In this document: in pieces, positions 49,073 through 58,118 of the stretch
Numbering within the stretch: the stretch's first letter is position 1
Layout of the letters: every line of letters starts with the position of its first letter
DNA from: an uncultured Bacteroidales bacterium
GTDB taxonomy: Bacteria > Bacteroidota > Bacteroidia > Bacteroidales > UBA10428
Length of the DNA: 64,000 nucleotides
NCBI GenBank assembly: GCA_963717995.1
Contig: CAVQXX010000012.1
Location: 774,371 to 838,370 of the forward strand
Reading direction: 5' to 3'
Program-made: the position numbers and the translations under genes
Notes under the pieces: generated by a model
What the model was told of the DNA's origin: nothing
What the model saw: the letters and a program-made list of their open reading frames with translations, nothing else
Databases searched by the model: none

Positions 49073-49732
49073 TTAAGAACAACAACAATTACCTTCTTTC
49101 ATTCCGAAAATGGTAAAGCTTGCTACTTCTGCCTTACCTTTTGTATAGGGTTCGCTTTCTTCAAGTACTTCAATACTGTCAAAACCTGCATTAACCAGTG
49201 TTTTCATATATTCATCCCGGGTTACTGAACCAGCCCAGCATTCTGAAACGGCTACCGGATCATTCTTATATTCCTCAGGAACAGGAGAAGTGGCATAAAT
49301 ATCACTTACTACAAATCTACCTCCTTTTTTCAGAATTCGATACACTTCATTCCAAACTTTTTGCTTATCAGAGATATGATTTATTGTACAATTGGAGATT
49401 ACCAGGTCGGCTACATTATCATCCAGGTTGATGGTTTCAAGATCGGAATGGATAAAATTCACATTGGCAATGCCCAGTTTGGCAGCATTAGTCCTGGCTT
49501 TCCCAAGCATGCCTTCCGAGACATCCACACCAATGGCAAATCCGTTTTCACCCACTTCTTCAGCCATGCGCAAAACATCCGTTCCCCTTCCACTGCCCAG
49601 GTCAACACAAAACTCACCCTGTTTAGGCTTCCCGAATTTGCTGGCACCTCCACAAGAAAGACAACAGGAATCTTCAGCCAGGGCTGAATAACGGAAGTTA
49701 ATCGAAGAAGTATCCATATTGAAATTTGACAC
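49073..49732 (-). CDS. short ArsM-like (arsenite-methyltransferase-type) class I SAM methyltransferase with Cys-rich termini
   Basis: SCCLSCGG (C23,C24,C27), VDLGSGRGTDV (motif I), VISNC115, SEC165 (the same 50-residue spacing as the As(III)-binding Cys pair of ArsM). The protein ends in ..GNCCCS and is only 219 aa. The start is GTG at 49732 or ATG at 49717. Confidence 0.7.
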   Translation of the reverse strand: MSNFNMDTSSINFRYSALAEDSCCLSCGGASKFGKPKQGEFCVDLGSGRGTDVLRMAEEVGENGFAIGVDVSEGMLGKARTNAAKLGIANVNFIHSDLETINLDDNVADLVISNCTINHISDKQKVWNEVYRILKKGGRFVVSDIYATSPVPEEYKNDPVAVSECWAGSVTRDEYMKTLVNAGFDSIEVLEESEPYTKGKAEVASFTIFGMKEGNCCCS

Positions 49733-49797
49733 AAATATATAAAAATCTAAATATGTATATACGAATATTTTATTTAGAATGTTTCCAAATTAACGGA

Positions 49798-51153
49798 TTA
49801 GAAGGTCATGGTAAACACCGTTTCAACCTCGGGTTCGGAATGGGCGGAGATAGTTCCATTATGCAGGCGCATGATCTGTTTGGACAGGCTCAATCCGATT
49901 CCGGAGCCGGAGGGTTTTGTGGTGAAAAAGGGAATGAAAATTTTGTCAAGCACATCTTTAAGAATACCGGTACCGTTGTCGATTACCTGCAGGGTGACCC
50001 GCCCCCTCTTGTTCGTAAAGCCAAGTAACTGTATTTTCCCGCCTGGACGGCCAATAAGGGCATGCAGCGAGTTCTTCAGCAGGTTGATCAGCACCTGTTC
50101 AATCAGTTGATCGTCAGCTGTAAACTCAAGATCGGCAGGTTCCACGCTAACTATAAACTCAAATCCGTGCCGCTTGATTTCTTCCTCCATCAGTTTTTCA
50201 ATGTTTGTAAAAAGCTCCTTCACAGAGCATTGTATGAAATTGGGCTTGGGTATCCGTGTGAGATTCCGGTATGTGTTTACAAAGTGTAAAAGGCCCGTAC
50301 TTCGCTTATTAATGGTTTGAAGCGCCTCCTGAATTTCTGAAACTGATTCCTTATCAATATGGAGTTCTTCACCGTTTCCTTCAGCCACCATGCCTTTAAG
50401 CATCAGATCGAGTGTGGATGACAGGGAGGCAATGGGGGTGATTGAATTCATGATTTCATGGGTCAGAACCCGGATAAGCTTCTGCCAGGCTTCTGTTTCC
50501 TGTTCTTCAAGCACATTCTGGATATCCTTTATGGTTACAAGATAAATGAGCTTGTCCTTTACCTTGATGGTGGACGCATAAATTGCGAGCTGCAGGATAT
50601 CATCATCGTATTGTACTTTCACCAGCTTGTTTTCCCCCGGCTTGATCCCAAGCAAGGTTGCAACAAGTTCCGGGCTAAGACTTTCAAGTGACTTGATATT
50701 TTTTATACTGGCCAGCTGAAACAGCTTTTTGGCCGTTTTATTGATCAGTTCTATGTTCCCGTCCCCGCTGTATGCAATGACACTTACATCAATATTCTGA
50801 ACGATGGTTTGCAGGTAATGAAAACTCTCTTCCTTTTCCGCCCTAACTTTCTGGAAATCTTGCATTACTTCATTAAATGCCCTGTTCAGCTCATTAAATG
50901 TGCCGCCCATGCTTTCTATCTGAAATGATCTTGTAAACTCCGAAAACCGTATTGATTCAAGAAAGCTGGTCAGTTCCCGGTTCGTTTTATCCAGGTACCT
51001 GATTAATGAAGCGATTTCAAATATGACAGCCACTGTCACTATGACAGGGACAATGAAGTACTTTGATTGTATAAAATAGGCAATCAGGCCAATTGACACG
51101 GCCAAAACGATGACGCGGAATATGATATTTAATCTGTAATTTTTAAAACCCAT
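49798..51153 (-). CDS. membrane sensor histidine kinase (NtrB/AtoS-like)
   Basis: Two N-terminal TM segments, H-box LTHEIMNSITPI, HATPase G-box GSGIGLSLSKQI. It overlaps the upstream regulator gene by 11 nt. Confidence 0.85.
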   Translation of the reverse strand: MGFKNYRLNIIFRVIVLAVSIGLIAYFIQSKYFIVPVIVTVAVIFEIASLIRYLDKTNRELTSFLESIRFSEFTRSFQIESMGGTFNELNRAFNEVMQDFQKVRAEKEESFHYLQTIVQNIDVSVIAYSGDGNIELINKTAKKLFQLASIKNIKSLESLSPELVATLLGIKPGENKLVKVQYDDDILQLAIYASTIKVKDKLIYLVTIKDIQNVLEEQETEAWQKLIRVLTHEIMNSITPIASLSSTLDLMLKGMVAEGNGEELHIDKESVSEIQEALQTINKRSTGLLHFVNTYRNLTRIPKPNFIQCSVKELFTNIEKLMEEEIKRHGFEFIVSVEPADLEFTADDQLIEQVLINLLKNSLHALIGRPGGKIQLLGFTNKRGRVTLQVIDNGTGILKDVLDKIFIPFFTTKPSGSGIGLSLSKQIMRLHNGTISAHSEPEVETVFTMTF

Positions 51154-52528
51154 ATTTTTCCATCCTCCGGTACAACGACGTTCTGGTTAGTCCAAGTTCC
51201 TGAGCTGCCTGGGAGATGTTGCCCTGATTTTGTTTCATTACCTTTTCAATAACCCTTCTTTCAATTTCATCGAGGTTAAAGGTGTCAAACTCCAGGTCAC
51301 CTGATTTTTTGCGGGGGGTGGATAAGATAAAATCCTCGGGTTCAAGAGATGGTGTTTCAGTCATGATCACAGCCCGTTCGATGGCATGCTGCAATTCCCT
51401 TACATTCCCGGGCCATCCGTAATGCATCAGTTTTTTGTAGGCAGCAGCAGTAATACCGCGTAAGGATTTTCTGTATTTTTTTGAATAGATCTTCAGGAAA
51501 TGGGTAGATAGTAATTCAATATCGTCCCCTCTGTCACGAAGAGGCGGGAGATGAACCTCCACTGTATTGATACGGTACAGTAAGTCCTGACGGAACAGGT
51601 TAGTGCTTACGGATTCATACAAGTCACTGTTCGTTGCGCAGATGAGCCTGACATCAACAGCAACCGGTCGGTTTGCACCCACGCGGGTTACTTCGTGCCT
51701 TTCAATCACGGTGAGTATTTTCGATTGCATGGCAAGTGGCAGATTTCCGATTTCATCAAGAAACAGTGTGCCCCTGGATGCAATCTCAAACCGTCCCGGT
51801 TTTTCTTTTTTGGCGTCGGTAAAAGCCCCTTTTTCATGTCCAAACAGTTCACTTTCAAACAGGGTATCGCTCAATGATCCAAGGTCGACACTGATAAAAA
51901 CTTCATCACGGCGCGGAGAATTGCGGTGCAGCGCCCGCGCAACCAATTCCTTTCCTGTTCCGTTCTCGCCCAGGATCAGGACGTTGGCATCGGTCTGGGC
52001 AACTTTTTTGATCGTGGTGAATACTTCCTGCATTTTAGTGGAATTGCCAATAAAATCAACGAATGGCTGATCCATGACGGCACTGATTTCCTTCTGCTTG
52101 GCTCGCAGTTCATTGGCTTCAAGTCGCGACCTCCTCAGTTTAATGGATGAAGAAATTGTGGCAAGTAATTTCTCGTTTTGCCACGGTTTCAGCACAAAAT
52201 CCGTAGCCCCTGATTTAATGGCCTTGACTGCCCTTTCTGCATCACCATATGCCGTAATGAATACAACTACAGCCTGGGAATCTATTTCAAGTATCCTGCC
52301 AAGCCAGTCAAATCCTTCCTGGCCACTGATCGCATCCTTGTTGAAATTCATGTCCAGCAGGATCATGTCGAAATATTCCTTTGTCAGGATCTCGGGAAGC
52401 TTTTCCGGATTATTCAACGTGGTAAGTTTCTCCACGTGGGGTTTTAACAGCAATTTTAACGCGAATAATATATCTTCGTTATCATCAACTGCCAGAATAT
52501 TGCCAATTTTTTCACTCATGGGTTGCAT
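51143..52528 (-). CDS. sigma54-dependent response regulator (NtrC family)
   Basis: Receiver domain (ILAVDDNEDI..MILLDMNF), AAA+ GENGTGKELVARALH, ESELFGHEKGAFTDA (GAFTGA-type loop), C-terminal HTH AAQELGLTRTSLYRRMEKYG. Confidence 0.9.
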   Translation of the reverse strand: MQPMSEKIGNILAVDDNEDILFALKLLLKPHVEKLTTLNNPEKLPEILTKEYFDMILLDMNFNKDAISGQEGFDWLGRILEIDSQAVVVFITAYGDAERAVKAIKSGATDFVLKPWQNEKLLATISSSIKLRRSRLEANELRAKQKEISAVMDQPFVDFIGNSTKMQEVFTTIKKVAQTDANVLILGENGTGKELVARALHRNSPRRDEVFISVDLGSLSDTLFESELFGHEKGAFTDAKKEKPGRFEIASRGTLFLDEIGNLPLAMQSKILTVIERHEVTRVGANRPVAVDVRLICATNSDLYESVSTNLFRQDLLYRINTVEVHLPPLRDRGDDIELLSTHFLKIYSKKYRKSLRGITAAAYKKLMHYGWPGNVRELQHAIERAVIMTETPSLEPEDFILSTPRKKSGDLEFDTFNLDEIERRVIEKVMKQNQGNISQAAQELGLTRTSLYRRMEKYGF

Positions 52529-52763
52529 GGATTTACATTGTATAACAAATGTAGATAATTACTTTGAAAATCGGACGGACTACAAACGCTTTCTGTTAGC
52601 AAGTTTTAACCTGATAGAAAGTGTCCGGTTCCGTACTGATTGTGTTTCATTTTTGTACATAATATCTGGAATATATTATTCGAAATATTTAACAAATATC
52701 CTGATTTTAAGTAGTATATTAATAATGGCATAATTAATGTTAAATTTATATAGCATTTAATTT

Positions 52764-54056
52764 TTGATTCAAAGATATATCATTGCATTTATGGACGGAA
52801 TGGATCGCAAAATCGAACAAAAAGGACTGAAGAAAAAACATATTTGGATTGGAATTGGCGGCTTGATTTTCATTTTAGTCATTTTACAGCTCATATTCGG
52901 AGACAAAAGTTCAAAACTCAATGTAGAACAGGATAAAATAGCCATTGGGGATGTAATTGCAGATAAGTACCAGGATTATATTTCAGTGAACGGAACGGTT
53001 GAACCCATCAAAACGGTTTATCTTGATGCCGTTGAATCGGGCAGGGTAGAGGAAAAGCTTATAGAAGAGGGAACGCGGGTGAAAAAGGGTGACGTGATTC
53101 TTAAACTCAGCAATGATAATCTGTTGCTCGATATATCAGGTAATGAAGCAGATGTTGCCAGGGCTGTGAATGATCTGAAAAGTGCCAGGACCGGTCTTGA
53201 AAATCAGAATCTGCAAACCCTTTCCACCATTCTGCAACTAAAATATTCCCTTAAGAAACTGGAAAGACAATATCAGAATAACCAAAAACTGATCGCGCAG
53301 AATCTGATTTCCAAAGAAGAATTTGAATATTCAAAGGAACAATTCGAAGAGACAAGTATGCAATTGGAGTTACAGAAACAAAAATATGAACGTGATTCCA
53401 TCTATACCAGAACTCGTATTGCCGCCGACCAGTCTTCAATTGAACGGATGCAGAAGAACCTGGTTCTAACACAGCACCGGTTGGATAATCTCGATATAAA
53501 AGCTCCTGTTGACGGTGAACTGGCAATGCTTAATCCTGAGATAGGAGAGGTGATCAGTTATGGATCACGGATCGGTACAATCAATATTCTCGATTCCTAT
53601 AAAATGCATGTGCTTATTGATGAACATTATATAACAAGGATATCACGCGGCCTGCCGGCAGATTTCGATTTTGCCGGTGAAAAGAACACCATGAAAATTG
53701 TTAAAATTTATCCCGAGGTCAGCAATGGTACTTTTGCTGTCGACATGCAATTTACAAGCGAAATACCTACCCAGATCAGGATCGGCCAGACGGCACGTAT
53801 TCACCTGGAACTGGGTGAATCGGAAGATGCACTTTTGCTTCCGAAAGGAGGCTTTTATCAAAGCACCGGAGGACAGTGGGTATTCGTGGTGGATAAGTCC
53901 GGTGATTTCGCTTACCGCCGTAAAATCCGACTGGGCCGTCAGAACCCGAGGTATTACGAAGTACTGGAAGGTCTCGCAAAAGGTGAACAAGTAATCATCT
54001 CGGATTATGAAAATTTTGGTGATGCTGATAAACTGATTCTTAAAAATAATAATTAG
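52764..54056 (+). CDS. membrane-fusion (HlyD/MacA-type periplasmic adaptor) protein
   Basis: N-terminal TM segment IWIGIGGLIFILVILQLIF, long coiled-coil segment, beta-barrel C-terminus. The likely ATG lies a few codons inside the tracked ORF. Confidence 0.8.
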   Translation: MIQRYIIAFMDGMDRKIEQKGLKKKHIWIGIGGLIFILVILQLIFGDKSSKLNVEQDKIAIGDVIADKYQDYISVNGTVEPIKTVYLDAVESGRVEEKLIEEGTRVKKGDVILKLSNDNLLLDISGNEADVARAVNDLKSARTGLENQNLQTLSTILQLKYSLKKLERQYQNNQKLIAQNLISKEEFEYSKEQFEETSMQLELQKQKYERDSIYTRTRIAADQSSIERMQKNLVLTQHRLDNLDIKAPVDGELAMLNPEIGEVISYGSRIGTINILDSYKMHVLIDEHYITRISRGLPADFDFAGEKNTMKIVKIYPEVSNGTFAVDMQFTSEIPTQIRIGQTARIHLELGESEDALLLPKGGFYQSTGGQWVFVVDKSGDFAYRRKIRLGRQNPRYYEVLEGLAKGEQVIISDYENFGDADKLILKNNN

Positions 54057-54084
54057 GTAGTATTAACACAAAAACCTCCCCCTT

Positions 54085-54768
54085 ATGATTAAAACAATTG
54101 ACCTTGTAAAAGTATTCCGCACAGATGAAGTGGAAACCACAGCTCTCAACAAAGTAAATATCACCGTTGAAAAAGGTGAATTTGTAGCCATCATGGGTCC
54201 TTCCGGTTGCGGTAAATCTACCCTGCTGAATATCCTTGGTTTGCTCGATACTCCAACTGGCGGCCAATACGTTTTTAACGGTGAAGAGGTGGCAAAGTAT
54301 AAAGAAAAACAAAGGACCAATCTCAGAAAAGGAAATATTGGTTTCGTTTTTCAGAGTTTCAATCTTATTGATGAACTTACCGTGTATGAAAACGTAGAAC
54401 TGCCCTTGTTGTATTTGAAGGTTTCATCCGGCGACAGACGCAAGAAGGTGAATGATGTGCTTGAAAGGATGAAAATTTCACATCGCAAAAAACATTTTCC
54501 CCAGCAGTTATCAGGTGGTCAGCAACAACGCGTGGCTATTGCCAGGGCCGTTGTAACAAGGCCTCAGCTAATACTTGCGGATGAGCCCACTGGCAATCTT
54601 GATTCAGCCAATGGTGAAGAGGTAATGAACCTGCTCACTGAATTAAATAATGAAGGCACTACAATCATCATGGTAACTCACTCACCCTCGGATGCTGACA
54701 AGGCTCACCGCATTGTTCAGTTGTTCGATGGTCATATTGTTACAGAAAACATCAGGCAAATACTATAA
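54085..54768 (+). CDS. ABC transporter ATP-binding protein (MacB/LolD-type)
   Basis: Walker A GPSGCGKSTLLN, signature LSGGQQQRVAIARA, Walker B ILADEPTGNLD. Confidence 0.9.
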   Translation: MIKTIDLVKVFRTDEVETTALNKVNITVEKGEFVAIMGPSGCGKSTLLNILGLLDTPTGGQYVFNGEEVAKYKEKQRTNLRKGNIGFVFQSFNLIDELTVYENVELPLLYLKVSSGDRRKKVNDVLERMKISHRKKHFPQQLSGGQQQRVAIARAVVTRPQLILADEPTGNLDSANGEEVMNLLTELNNEGTTIIMVTHSPSDADKAHRIVQLFDGHIVTENIRQIL

Positions 54769-54779
54769 ATTGAAAAGCC

Positions 54780-55076
54780 ATGAAAGAGATCTGTATTCCT
54801 ATACCCTATCTGAAAGATAATGATGTAGCTGAAGTAGAGGTAGTTGTTGCTGGCAAAAAAATCAAATACGACTTCAGGGTAGAATCCTTCCCCTGGGAAG
54901 TGGAAAATGAGTTTTCATACCTCGCTGATCCGCTCGAACGATCTTTGGCACGGATTTACAAGCTAAAAAATGCTATCGAAGGATACAGCAAGGACTGGGA
55001 ACTGATTCAGATTTTTAATCCCAATGAAAATGCAGATCATATTCATGTATTATACCGAAAAAAGTTAAAAACATAA
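54780..55076 (+). CDS. 98-aa hypothetical soluble protein at the position where FtsX-type permease genes are normally found
   Basis: Intact ORF tightly packed between the ATPase and TolC-like genes. No TM segment is visible and I do not recognise a family. Confidence 0.45.
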   Translation: MKEICIPIPYLKDNDVAEVEVVVAGKKIKYDFRVESFPWEVENEFSYLADPLERSLARIYKLKNAIEGYSKDWELIQIFNPNENADHIHVLYRKKLKT

Positions 55077-55097
55077 TTCCATTATTTTAAATACACT

Positions 55098-56453
55098 ATG
55101 AACCCCATGAAAAAAGCTATCCTGTTTTTGTGCTTTCTGTCAACCCTGGGTCTTGCACCCGTTAAAGCACAAAAAGTCTGGTCGTTGGAGGAATGTATCA
55201 GTTATGCTCTCGAAAACAACCTGCAGATCAAACGGCAGGAAGGTAATGTAGAGTATAATAAAAACAATATGAACCAGAGTTATTACAACATGTTGCCAAA
55301 TGCCAACGGCCAGATCAACCAGGGCTGGAATTCAGGGCAAACATTTGACTATTTTTCGAGTCAGTATACAAACCAGAATTACTGGTCCAGTAATTGGGGT
55401 CTCAATAGTAATATATTACTTTTCAATGGATTCCAGACCTGGAATAACATTGCAAGGTCCAAATATAACTTTTTGAAGAGCCAATCAGATCTGGATAAAT
55501 CAAAGAATGATATTTCCACCCAGCTGGCCCTTGGGTATCTCCAGGTATTGTTTACCATGGAACTTCTTGATGTGGCAAAAAGCAAGCTTGAAGTGACATC
55601 ACTGCAAGCCGAGAGAACCCGCAAAATGCTTGAAGTGGGTAATGTTGCCCAGGGTGAATTTTTGCAGATAAAGGCGCAGGAATCAAATGACAAAACAGCC
55701 CTCATCAATGCTCAGAACAACCTGGAAATCGCCTATCTGAATCTCACCCAGATGCTCGATCTTGATTCCGTGAAGGGTTTTGAAATTGTTATACCTGAGA
55801 ATATTGAAGTTGAGATGCTTTCGCCGGTAGCTTCAGTGCAGGATATATTTACCGTCGCACTGACCACAATGCCTCAAATTAAAAGCGCTGAATATTCCCT
55901 TAAAAGTGCTGAAAAGGAACTTAGCATGTCGTGGGGACAGCTCAGTCCGACTTTTAACCTGAACGGAGGGCTCAATACTTTCTATTCGCAGATTGCTCCT
56001 GATCCGTTGAATCCCGAAGCAGGCGCACCGGCTTTCAATAAGCAGTTTAAGACCAATTTCAATAAACAGGTCGGCCTTGGTGTCTCTATACCTCTTTTTA
56101 ACCGGATGCAGGTGAAAACCAGTATCAGTAATTCGAGACTGCAGGTATCTGACTTTAAAATCCAGCTCGACCAGGCGAAACTTGCCCTTTATAAAGAAGT
56201 GCAGCAGGCACAGGCAGATGCGACCGCCGCGCAGGAAAAATATTATTCCAGCGTTGATGCGGTAAAGTACAACGAGGAAGCTTTCAAGTATACAAGCCAG
56301 AAACTTGAAGTGGGACTGGTGAATTCGGTGGATTATAATGTTGCGCAGAATAATTTAATTAGTGCTACATCATCCATGTTGCAGGCCAAATATGAGTATA
56401 TATTTAAGCTGAAAATCCTTGATCTTTATATGGGAAAACCAATTGTGTTGTAA
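55098..56453 (+). CDS. TolC-family outer-membrane efflux protein
   Basis: Signal peptide. LEECISYALENNLQIK start and two repeated coiled/barrel halves typical of OEP/TolC proteins. Confidence 0.85.
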   Translation: MNPMKKAILFLCFLSTLGLAPVKAQKVWSLEECISYALENNLQIKRQEGNVEYNKNNMNQSYYNMLPNANGQINQGWNSGQTFDYFSSQYTNQNYWSSNWGLNSNILLFNGFQTWNNIARSKYNFLKSQSDLDKSKNDISTQLALGYLQVLFTMELLDVAKSKLEVTSLQAERTRKMLEVGNVAQGEFLQIKAQESNDKTALINAQNNLEIAYLNLTQMLDLDSVKGFEIVIPENIEVEMLSPVASVQDIFTVALTTMPQIKSAEYSLKSAEKELSMSWGQLSPTFNLNGGLNTFYSQIAPDPLNPEAGAPAFNKQFKTNFNKQVGLGVSIPLFNRMQVKTSISNSRLQVSDFKIQLDQAKLALYKEVQQAQADATAAQEKYYSSVDAVKYNEEAFKYTSQKLEVGLVNSVDYNVAQNNLISATSSMLQAKYEYIFKLKILDLYMGKPIVL

Positions 56454-56472
56454 TAATGGGGTTAGGTAGTGG

Positions 56473-56501
56473 GCCCGGTCCAGTGGACCGGGCTTTTTTT
56501 T
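56473..56501 (+). terminator. intrinsic terminator of the efflux operon
   Basis: GCCCGGTCC-agt-GGACCGGGC followed by eight T. Confidence 0.8.
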
Positions 56502-56556
56502 ACTTTCCCGGAGTGAATACTATTATTTCCGGACAACGCGTGAGGTAAATCAAAAT

Positions 56557-56696
56557 AACACTGAACAAGGAACACTGAATAGTGAATTTCGAAGACGCTT
56601 CTTTCAAATTAGAATAATTCCTAAATAAGGTGAATATCTTCATAATTCATAATTCATAATTCATAATTTGCCCTACGGTGTTCCTTGTTCAGTGTT
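56557..56696. repeat. copy B of the repeated inverted-repeat element, enclosing a (CATAATT)x4 heptamer array
   Basis: Arms AACACTGAACAAGGAACAC (56557-56575) and GTGTTCCTTGTTCAGTGTT (56678-56696) are perfect complements. The heptamer array lies at 56641-56668. Confidence 0.65.
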
Positions 56697-56786
56697 TATT
56701 ACTATTTTAGTAAATATGATCTTTTTTTTACGATTGAGCATTTCACTTTTAGTTTTAGTCTTTTAGTTTTTAATTTATACTAGCTT

Positions 56787-58118
56787 ATGTCCCTTCTCTA
56801 TGGTCTAAGCCTCATCCTCTCCGGAATAATAGTCATCATCATCCTCACCTCCTGGCTCAGATTGCATGCGTTTCTTTCCCTGTTCCTGGTGTCACTTGCC
56901 ATGGCACTTCTTGTTGTTCCATTGGCCGACATTGTGCCGCTTCTGAAAAAAGGATTTGGCGATACAATGGCTTCCATCGGACTGATCATCATTTTTGGCG
57001 CCATCATTGGTGTAACTCTTGATCATACCGGAGCAACGATCAGTATGGCTAATTTCATCCTTGAAAAAACAGGGAAGAGGAATGCTCCGGCAGCAATATC
57101 CATTACCGGATTCATTACCGGACTACCCATTTTTTGTGATTCCGGATTTATAGTACTCAGCGGGTTGAACCGGTCGCTTACTGTAAAAAGCAGATCAAAC
57201 CCGGTATTCATGTCCACTATACTGGGCTGTTCGCTCTATTCTGTTCATTGTTTGATACCTCCCCATCCCGGAGCCACAGCAGCGGCCGGGATAATCGGGG
57301 CAAATATCGGCGAGCTTGTGCTCATTGGTATTGCTGTGGCAATTCCCACTGCATTGGCCGGATATTTCTGGGCGCGGCTCCTTACCCGGCGGGCGGGCAC
57401 CGAATCAGTCGAAGACACTCCATCGGGGGGTTACCCACCCCGACGGGGTGTCCCGAATGCAGGAATGTCTTTTATGCCCATCCTGGTGCCTTTGCTTCTG
57501 ATCACAGGGAAATCCATTTCCAATTTTCTGTTTCCCGGATCACAAGCTGGTCCGGCATTGATAATCGGCTTATTGGGTGAACCAGTCATGGCCCTGATGA
57601 TTGGTATGTTCTTGTCATTCCTGTTATTGCCCGGCTTTAATCGCAAAACGGTCAACCATGTGATCACTGCCTCCGTCGAAAAGGCCGGACCGATCATAAT
57701 CATCACTGCGGCAGGCGGAATTTTTGGCGCGGTGATCAAAGCCACCGGTGTGGGGGAGCAGGCTGGCTCATGGCTGGCGGGTACCGGACTGGGCCTGCTC
57801 ATCCCGTTTCTGATTACATCCATTCTAAAAACAGCACAGGGATCATCTACCGTTGCCATAATCACAGCTGCTTCTATTATGGCCTCTGTCACAGATAGTA
57901 TGGGCTTTTCGGGGGAGACAGGAAAGCTACTGATCATGCTATCAATGGGAGCCGGATCAATGATGGTTTCCCATGCAAATGATTCCTACTTCTGGGTGAT
58001 CACAAATTTTTCAGAAATTGATTCCGGGGATACACTGAAGGTATATTCCACAGCCACCATTGTTATGGCCTTTACTGCCCTTGCAATGGTATATGGGTTA
58101 TCTCTTTTCCTGCTTTAA
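56787..58118 (+). CDS. GntP-family (gluconate:H+ symporter-type) permease
   Basis: A 443-aa polytopic membrane protein. The N-terminal pattern ..GFGDTMASIGLIIIFGAIIGVTLDHTGAT..ITGLPIFCDSGFIVL is GntP-like. Confidence 0.7.
   Translation: MSLLYGLSLILSGIIVIIILTSWLRLHAFLSLFLVSLAMALLVVPLADIVPLLKKGFGDTMASIGLIIIFGAIIGVTLDHTGATISMANFILEKTGKRNAPAAISITGFITGLPIFCDSGFIVLSGLNRSLTVKSRSNPVFMSTILGCSLYSVHCLIPPHPGATAAAGIIGANIGELVLIGIAVAIPTALAGYFWARLLTRRAGTESVEDTPSGGYPPRRGVPNAGMSFMPILVPLLLITGKSISNFLFPGSQAGPALIIGLLGEPVMALMIGMFLSFLLLPGFNRKTVNHVITASVEKAGPIIIITAAGGIFGAVIKATGVGEQAGSWLAGTGLGLLIPFLITSILKTAQGSSTVAIITAASIMASVTDSMGFSGETGKLLIMLSMGAGSMMVSHANDSYFWVITNFSEIDSGDTLKVYSTATIVMAFTALAMVYGLSLFLL

Noticed and set aside
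52726-52741. A sigma54 -24/-12 promoter (TGGCATAATTAATGTT) upstream of the efflux operon
   Set aside because: The -24 GG is present but the -12 element reads ATGT instead of TTGC, so the conserved GC is missing. This is too weak to call.
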